Shown here piece after piece: positions 52,968-64,000 of a DNA stretch of 64,000 bases. The notes under the pieces were generated by a model. That model ran no database searches, had not been told where the DNA came from, and saw only the letters and a program-made list of their open reading frames with translations. The position numbers were made by a program, and so were the translations under genes. Positions within the stretch are counted from its first letter, which is position 1. Each line of letters starts with the position of its first letter. The stretch comes from the human T2T-CHM13v2.0 reference genome, Homo sapiens: the NCBI RefSeq assembly GCF_009914755.1, contig NC_060929.1; one strand, written 5' to 3'.

Positions 52968-55900
52968 ATTTATATATATATATTTTAAGTTCTGGGATAC
53001 ATGTGTAGAATGTGTAGGTTTGCTACATAGGTATATATGTGCCATGGTGGTTTGCTGCACCCATCAACCCATCATCTACCTTAGGTATTTCTCCTAATGC
53101 TATCCCTCCCCTAGTCCCCCACCCCTGACTGGCCCCAGTGTGAGAAGTTCCTCTCCCTGTGTCCATGTGTTCTCATTGTTCAACTCCTACTTATGAGTGA
53201 GAACATGCGGTGTTCGATTTTCTGTTCCTGTGTTAGTTTGCTGAGAATGCTGGTTTCCAGCTTCATCCATGTCCCAGCAAAGGACATGAACTAATCCTTT
53301 TTTATGGCTGCATAGTATTCCATGGTGTATATGTGCCACATTTTCTTTATCCAGTCTATCATTGATGGACATTTGATTTGGGCTGGTTCCAAGTCTTTGT
53401 TATTGTGAATAGTGCTGCAATAAAGATACATGTGCAAGTGTCTTTATAGTAGAATGATTTATAATCCTTTGGGTATATACCCAGTAATGGGATTGCTGGG
53501 TCAAATGGTAGTTCAGGTTCTAGATTTTTGAGGAATCACCACACTGTCTTCCACAATGGTTGGACTAATTTACACTCCCACCAACAGTGTAAAAGCATTC
53601 CTACTTCTCCACATCCTCTCCAGGATCTGTTGTTTCCTGACTTTTTAATGATTGCCATTCTAACTGGCATGAGATGGTATCTCGTTGTGGTTTTGATTTT
53701 CATTTCACTAATGACTAGTGATAATGAGCTTTTTTTCATATATTTGTTGGCTGCATAAAAGTCTTCCTTTGAGAAGCATCTGTTCATATCCTTTGCCCAC
53801 TTTTTGATGGGGTTGTTTTTTTCTTGTAAATTTGTTTGAGTCCCTTGTAGATTCTGGATATTAGCCCTTTGTCAGATGGAAAGATTACAAAAATTTTCTC
53901 CCATTCTGTAGGTTGCCTGTTCACTCTGATGATAGTTTCTTTTGCTGTGCAGAAGCTCTTTAGTTTAATTAGATCCCATTTGACTATTTTGGCTTTTGTT
54001 GCCATTGCTTTTGGTGTTTTAGTCATGAAGTCTTTGCCCATGCCTATGTCCTGAATGGCATTGTCTAGGTTTTCTTCTAGGGTTTTTATGGTTTTAGGTC
54101 TAACATTTAAGTCTGTAATCCATCTTGAGTTAATTTTTGTATAAGGTGTAAAGAAGAGGTCCAGTTTCAGTTTTCTGCATATGGTTAGCCAGTTTTCCCA
54201 ACACCATTTTTAAATAGGGAATCCTTCCCCCATTGCTTGTTTTTGTCAGGTTTGTCAAAGATCAGATGGTTGTAGATGTGTGGTGCTATTTCTGAGGCCT
54301 CTGTTCTATTCCACTGGTCTATATATCTGTTTTGGTACGACTGCCATGCTGTTTTGCTTACTGTAGCCTTATAGTATAGTTTGAAGTCAGGTACCATGAT
54401 GCCTCCAGCTTTGTTCTTTTTGCTTAGGATTGTCTTGGCTATACAGGTTCTTTTTTGGTTCCATATGAAATTTAAAGTAGTTTTTTCTAATTCTGTGAAG
54501 AAAGTCAATGGTAGCTTGATGGGGATAGCACTGGATCTATAAATTATTTTGGGCAGTATGGCCATTTTCACGATATTGATTCTTCCTATTCATGAGCATG
54601 GAATGTCTTTCCATTTGTTTGTGTCCTCTCTTATTTCCTTGGGCAGTGGTTTGTAGTTCTCCTTGAAGAGGTCCTTCACATCCCTTGTAAATTTTATTCC
54701 CATGTATTTTATTCTCTTTGTGGCAATTGTGCATGGATGTTCATGCATGATTTGGCTGTTTGTGTATTATTGGTGTATAGGAATGCCTGTGATTTTTGCA
54801 CATTGGTTTTGTATCCTGAGCCTTTGCCGAAGTTGCTTGTCAGCTTAAGGAGATTTTGGGCTGAGACGATGGGTTTTTTTTTTTTTTGGTTTTTGTTTTT
54901 TTTTTTTTGAGATGGAGCCTCTCTCTGTAGCCCAGGCTGGAGTGCAGTGGCACAATCTAGGCTCGCTGCAAGCTCCACCTCCTGGGTTTTCACCATTCTC
55001 CTGCATCAGCCTCCCATGTAGCTGGGACTACAGGTGCCCGCCACCACACCTGGCTAATTTTTTTTTTTTTTGTATTTTTAGTAGACACAGGGTTTCACTG
55101 TGTTAGCCAGGATGGTCTCGATCTCCTGACCTTGTGATCCACCCGCCTCAGCCTCCCAAAGTGCTGGGGTTACAGGCGTGAGCCACTGTGCCCAGCCGAG
55201 ATGATGGGGTTTTCTAAATATACAATCATGTCATCTACAAAGAGAGACAATTTGACTTCCTCTTTTCCTATCTGAATACCCGTTATTTCTTTTTCTTGCC
55301 TGATTGCCCTGGCCAGAACTTCCAATACTACGTTGAATAGGAGTGGTGAGAGAGGGCATCCTTGTCTTGTGTCGGTTTTCAAAAGGAATGCTTCCAGCTT
55401 TTGCCCATTGAGTATGATATTGGCTGTGGGTTTGTCAAAAATAGCTCTTATTATTTTGAGATGTGTTCCATCAATACCTAGTTTATTGAGAGCTTTTAGC
55501 ATGAAGGGGTGTTGAATTTTGTCAAAGGCCTTTTCTGCATCTATTGAGATAATCATGTGGTTTTTGTCATTGGTTCTGTTTATGTGATGGATTATGTTTA
55601 TTGATTTGCATATATTGAACCAGCCTTGCATCCCAGAAATAAAGCCAACCTGATTGTGGTGGATAAGCTTTTTGCTGTGCTGCTGGATTCGGTTTGCCAT
55701 TATTTTATTGAGGGTTTTCGCATCAATGTTCATCAGGGATATTGGCCTGAAATTTTCATTTTTTGTTGTGTCTCTGCCAGGTTTTGGTATCAGGATGATG
55801 CTGGCCTCATAAAATGAGTTAGGGAGGATTCCCTCCTTTTCTATTGTTTGGAATAGTCTCAGAAGGAATGGTACCAGCTCCTCTTCGTACCTCTGGTAGA

Positions 55901-58900
55901 ATTCGGCTGTGAATCCATCTGGTCCTGGGCTTTTTTTGGTTGGCAGGCTATTAATTACTGCCTCAATTTCAGAACTTGTCATTGGTCTATTCAGAGATTC
56001 AACTTCTTCCTGGTTTAGTCTTGGGAGGGTGTATGTGTCCAGGAATTTATCCATTTCTTCTAGATTTTCTAGTTTATTTTCATAGAGGTGTTTATAGTAT
56101 TCTCTGAAGGTAGTTTGTATTTCTGTGGGATCAGTGGGAATACCCCCTTTATCATTTTTTATTGTGTCTATTCAATTCTTCTCTCTTTTCTTCTTTATCA
56201 GTCTGGTTAGCAGTCTATTTTGTTAATCTTTTCAAAAAACCAGCTCCTGGATTCACTGATTTTGATTTTCTGGAGGGTTTTTTGTGCCTCTATCTCCTTC
56301 AATTCTGCTCTGATCTTAGTTATTTCTTGTCTTCTGCTAGCTTTTGAATTTGTTTGCTCTTGCTTCTCTAGTTCTTTTCATTGTGATGTTAGGGTGTCAA
56401 TTTTAGATCTTTTCCACTTTCTCCTGTGGGCATTTAGTGCTATAAATTTTCCTCTAAACACTACTTTAGCTGTGTCCCAGAGATTCTGGCACATTGTGTC
56501 TTTCTTCTCATTGGTTTCAAAGAATTTATTTCTCTCTTAATTTCATTATTTACCTAGTAGTCATTCAGTAGCAGGTTGTTCAGTTTCCATGTAGTTGTGC
56601 AGTTTTGGGTGAGTTTCTTAATCCTAAGTTCTAATTTGATTGTACCGTGGTCTGAGAAACTGTTTGTTATTATTTCTGTTCTTTTGCATTTGCTGAGGAG
56701 TGTTTTACTTCCAATTATGTGGTCAATTTTAGAATAAGTGTGACGTGGTGCTGAGAAGAATGTATATTCTGTGGATTTGGGGTGGAGAGTTCCATAGATG
56801 TCTATTAGGTCCACTTTGTCCAGAGCTGAGTTCAAGTCCTGAATATGCTTGTTAATTTTCTGTCTCATTAATCTGTCTAATATTGACAGTGGGGTGTTAA
56901 AGTCTTCCCACTATTATTATGTGGGGGTCTAAGTCTCTTTGTAGGTCACTGGGAACTTGCTTTATGAGTCTAGGTGCCCTGTATTGGGTGCATAAACATT
57001 TAGGATAGTTAGCTCTTCTTGTTGCATTGATCCCTTTACCGTTATGTAATGCCCCTCTTTGTCTTTTTTGATCTGTGTTGGCTTAAAGTCTCTTTTATTG
57101 GAGACTAGGACTGCAACCCCTGCTTCTTTTTGCTTTCCATTTGCCTGATAAATATTCTTCCATCTCCTTATTTTGAGCCTATGTATGTCTTTTCACGTGA
57201 GATGGGTCTCTTGAATATTGCACACAGATGGGTCTTGACTCTTTATCCAATTTGCCAGTCTGTGTCTTTTAATTGGGGCATTTAGCCCATTTACATTTAA
57301 GGTTAATAATGTTATGTGTGAATTTGATCCTGTCATTATGATGCTAGCTGGTTATTTTGCCCATTAGTTGATGCAGTTTCTTCATAGTGTTGATGGTCTT
57401 TACAATTTGGTATGTTTTTGCAGTGGCTTGTACCAGTTTTTCCTTTCCATATTTAGTGCTTCCTTCAGGAGCTCTTATAAGGCAGGCCTGGTGGTGACAA
57501 AATCTCTCAGCATTTGCTTGTCTGGAAAGGATTTTATTTCTCCTTCACTTATAAAGCTTAGTTTGGCTGGATATAAAATTCTGGCTTGAAAATTATTTTC
57601 TTTAAGAATGATGAATATTGGCCCCACTCTCTTCTGACTTGTAGAGTTTCTGCAGAGATCCACTGTTAGTCTGATGGGCTTCCCTTTGTGGGTAACCCGA
57701 CCTTTCTCTCTGGCTGCACTTAACATTTTTTCCTTCATTTCAACTTTGGTGAATCTGATGATTATGTGTCTTGGGGTTGCTATTCTTGAGGAGTATCTTT
57801 GTGGTGTTCTCTGTATTTCCTGAATTTTAATGTTGACCTGTCTTGCTAGGTTGGGGACGTTCTCCTGGATAATATCCTGAGGAGTGTTTTCCAACTTGGT
57901 TCCAATTTCCCCCTCACTTTCAGATACACCAATCAAACGTAGGTTTGGTCTTTTCACATAGTTCCATATTTCCTGGAGGCTTTGTTCATTTCTTTTCATT
58001 CTTTTTTCTCTAATCTTGTCTTCACAGTTTATTTCACTAAGTTGATCTTCAATCTCTAATATCCTTTCTTCTGCTTGATCGATTCAGCTATTGAAATTGT
58101 GTATGCTTCGTGAAGTTCTTGTGCTGTGTTCTTCAGCTCCATCAGGTCATTTATGCTTTTTTCTAAACTGGTTATTCTAGTTAGCAATTCCTCTAACCTT
58201 TTTTTCAAGGTTCTTAGTTTCTTTGCATTGGGTTAGAACTTGCTCCTTTAGCTCAGAGGAATTTGTTATTACCCACCTTCTGAAGCCTACTTTTGTCAAT
58301 TTGTCAAACTCATTCTCCATCCAGTTTAGTTCCCTTGCTGGTGAGGAGTTGTGATCCTCTGGAGGAGAAGAGACATTCTGGATTTTGGAATTTTCAGCCT
58401 TTTTGCGCTGGTATTCCTCATCTTCATGGATTTATCTACCTTGGTCTTTGATGTTGGTGACCTTTGGATGGGGTTTCTGTGTGGACGTCCTTTGTGTTGA
58501 TGTTGACGTCATTTCTTTCTGTTTGTTAGTTTTCCTTCTAACACTCAGGTCCCTCTGCTGCAGGTCTGTTGTAGTTTGCTGGAAGTCCACTCCAGACCCT
58601 GTTTGCCTGGGTATCACCAGCAGAGGCTACAGAGAATGCTGCATGTTCCTTCCTCTGGAAGCTTCGTCCCTGAGGGGCACCCGCCAGAGGCCAGGCGGAG
58701 CTCTCCTGTATGAGGTGTCTGTTGACCCTTACTGGGAGGTGTCTCCCAGTCAGGAAGCATGGGGTTTGGGGACCCACTTGAGGATGCAGTCTGTCCCTTA
58801 GCAGAGCTCTATGGCTGTGCTGGGAGATCCACTGCTCTCTTCAGAACCAGCAGGCAGCAATGTTTAAGTCTGTTGAAGCTGCACCCACAGCTGCCCCTTC

Positions 58901-59669
58901 CCCCAAGTGCTCTGTCCCAAGGAGATGGGAGTTTTATCTATAAGCCCCTGACTGGGGCTGCTGCCTTTCTTTCAGAGATGCCCTGTCCAGAGACTAGGAA
59001 TCTAGAGAGGCAGTCTGTCTACAGAGGCTTTGTGGAGCTGTGGTGGGCTCCGCCCAGTTTGAACTTCCAGGCAGCTTTGTTTACACTGTGAGGGGAAACC
59101 TGCCTACTCAAGCCTCAGTAATGGCAATGCCCCACCCCCCTCACCCCCCCATCCGCCCCCCACCCAAGCTTGAGCATTCCTGGTCAACTTCAGACTGCTG
59201 TGCTGGCAGCAAGAATTTCAAGCCAGTGGATCTTAGCTTACTGGGCTTCATGGGGGTGGGATCCACTGAGCTAGACCACTTGGCTCCCTGGCTTCAGCCC
59301 CCTTTCCAGGGTAGTGAACCGTTCTGTCTTGCTGGTGTTCCAGGTGCCACTAGGGTATGAAAAAAAACTCCTGCAGTTATCTCGTTGTCTGCCCAAATGG
59401 TCACCCAGTTTTGTGCTTGAAACCCGGGGCCCTGGTTTGTAGGTACCCGAGGGAATCTCCTGGTCTATGGGTTGCAAAGACCATGGGAAAAGTTCACCGA
59501 ACCCTTGCACTTCCTGGGTGAGACAACCCACCCTGCTTCAGGTCGCCCTCCATGGGTTGAGATGAGCTGGGTACTTCAGTTGGAAATGCAGAAATCACCT
59601 GCCTTCTGCATTGATCTCACTGGGAGCTGCAGACCAGAACTGCTCCTATTCGGCCATCTTGCCAGCCCA
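52968..59669 (-). mobile_element. Full-length inactive L1PA7-like element, 'copy D'
   Basis: TSD TGGCAGTTAAGAT at 52955-52967 and 59670-59682; 5'UTR, broken ORF1/ORF2 (294-aa RT piece 55170-56054 with FVDD), 3'UTR. Confidence 0.97.
54874..55197 (-). mobile_element. AluY inserted in the L1 ORF2 RT region
   Basis: Y diagnostics (GCAAGCTCC, TGTTAGCCAGGATGGTCTCGATC); TSD GAGA(C/T)GATGGG. Confidence 0.93.
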
Positions 59670-60638
59670 TGGCAGTTAAGATTTATCTTCATACAGAACC
59701 CAAGTATATCTGTCTGCATGTTCTACATATGTGCTCTAGGGCTAATCCTCAGGGCCACAGAGAAAAAAAATATAATCAATTGCTTTAATTCATTAGTTCA
59801 TCCTTTCTTCCTTCAATAACTTCAATTTCATTCAATACAGATCAAATTAAGTACTCAGCACCACAGTTGGGCTTGAAAATGCAAAAATGATTTAAAAATC
59901 AGTCTTTGCTTACTGAGGGAAACAGTTTAATAAAAGCAATATAGATGTAAATGGACAATTAAAATTAAATATAACCAACTTCTGTAGTGGAGCGAATCAC
60001 GGGCTACTATGGAACAAATGGAAGATACACCTATTGGGAGGTTGGGGAGAGGAGAAGGATGTCAGAGCAGATTTCTCAGAAGAGAGAATGCTCCAGTTGT
60101 GAGCCTTGTTGCTTTATGATCCAATGAAGTTTTTTTCTTTTTCATTCTCTATGTCTCTATTCCACATGCTGTTTTTCATATTATGTTCACATAACCCTTT
60201 AACATCCAGGCTACTTTCTTCTGAATTAAACGATAATGTACAGCTATTAATATATATCTGGAAGGCTGGTCCAACTGAGAAACAGCCACCACTTTCTCAT
60301 TCTAAATGCCAGACCACTATTAATTCTGTCTAGAATTACACTAGGTTGTAAACCTATTTTATTGCCTCAGATTTCAGCATACTTCCTGTTTGTCACTATA
60401 TATGTCACTGGAGTTCACTAACAATTCAAGGGGTAGAAGAGACCCAAGGAGGTCAATAAGGCAGATTTGGGTTCAACAGGTTAAATGGAAGAAAAACCCA
60501 ATTTTGCAATTAAAAAAATAAAGTGATTTCAGCACTTGAACCTTAAAATACAATACAGAATTTTCACTTACCTTAACAAAGCTTAGCTCATTAATTCCAG
60601 GCTTTCTTCCTTTCAAATTTAGTCATTTAAGGCTATAA

Positions 60639-64000
<3,362 letters not shown>

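Noticed and set aside
60566-60625. Strong minus-strand donor AAG|GTAAGT with LK...AKL resembling an early P4HA2 exon
   Set aside because: Similarity is only a few residues, needs a frameshift, and the intervening exons were not found.

Overview
Primate (human-like) genomic DNA dominated by interspersed repeats, with no intact protein-coding gene. It holds three near-full-length L1PA7/L1PA8 elements, two long 5'-truncated younger L1PAs, many older L1M/L1PB/L2/MIR pieces, about 13 Alus, DNA-transposon relics (MER30, MER3, Tigger3, Tigger1, MER5A) and a MaLR LTR. Non-repeat coding signal is limited to two spliced minus-strand exon relics (51269-51464 and 49361-49528). They form an unprocessed, disabled paralogue of collagen prolyl 4-hydroxylase alpha-2 (P4HA2-like). 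Main observations: (1) this pseudogene; (2) the five long L1 copies share private variants, including identical ORF2 nonsense codons, in mutually incompatible patterns, pointing to local interlocus gene conversion; (3) two perfect overlapping AT-centred palindromes at 39727-39815; (4) several insertion and repair scars; (5) an AP-1/RUNX/ETS/GATA motif-rich unique segment at about 2.7-7.2 kb. Repeat subfamily names and reference proteins are from memory, not from a search, and boundaries of old repeats are approximate.
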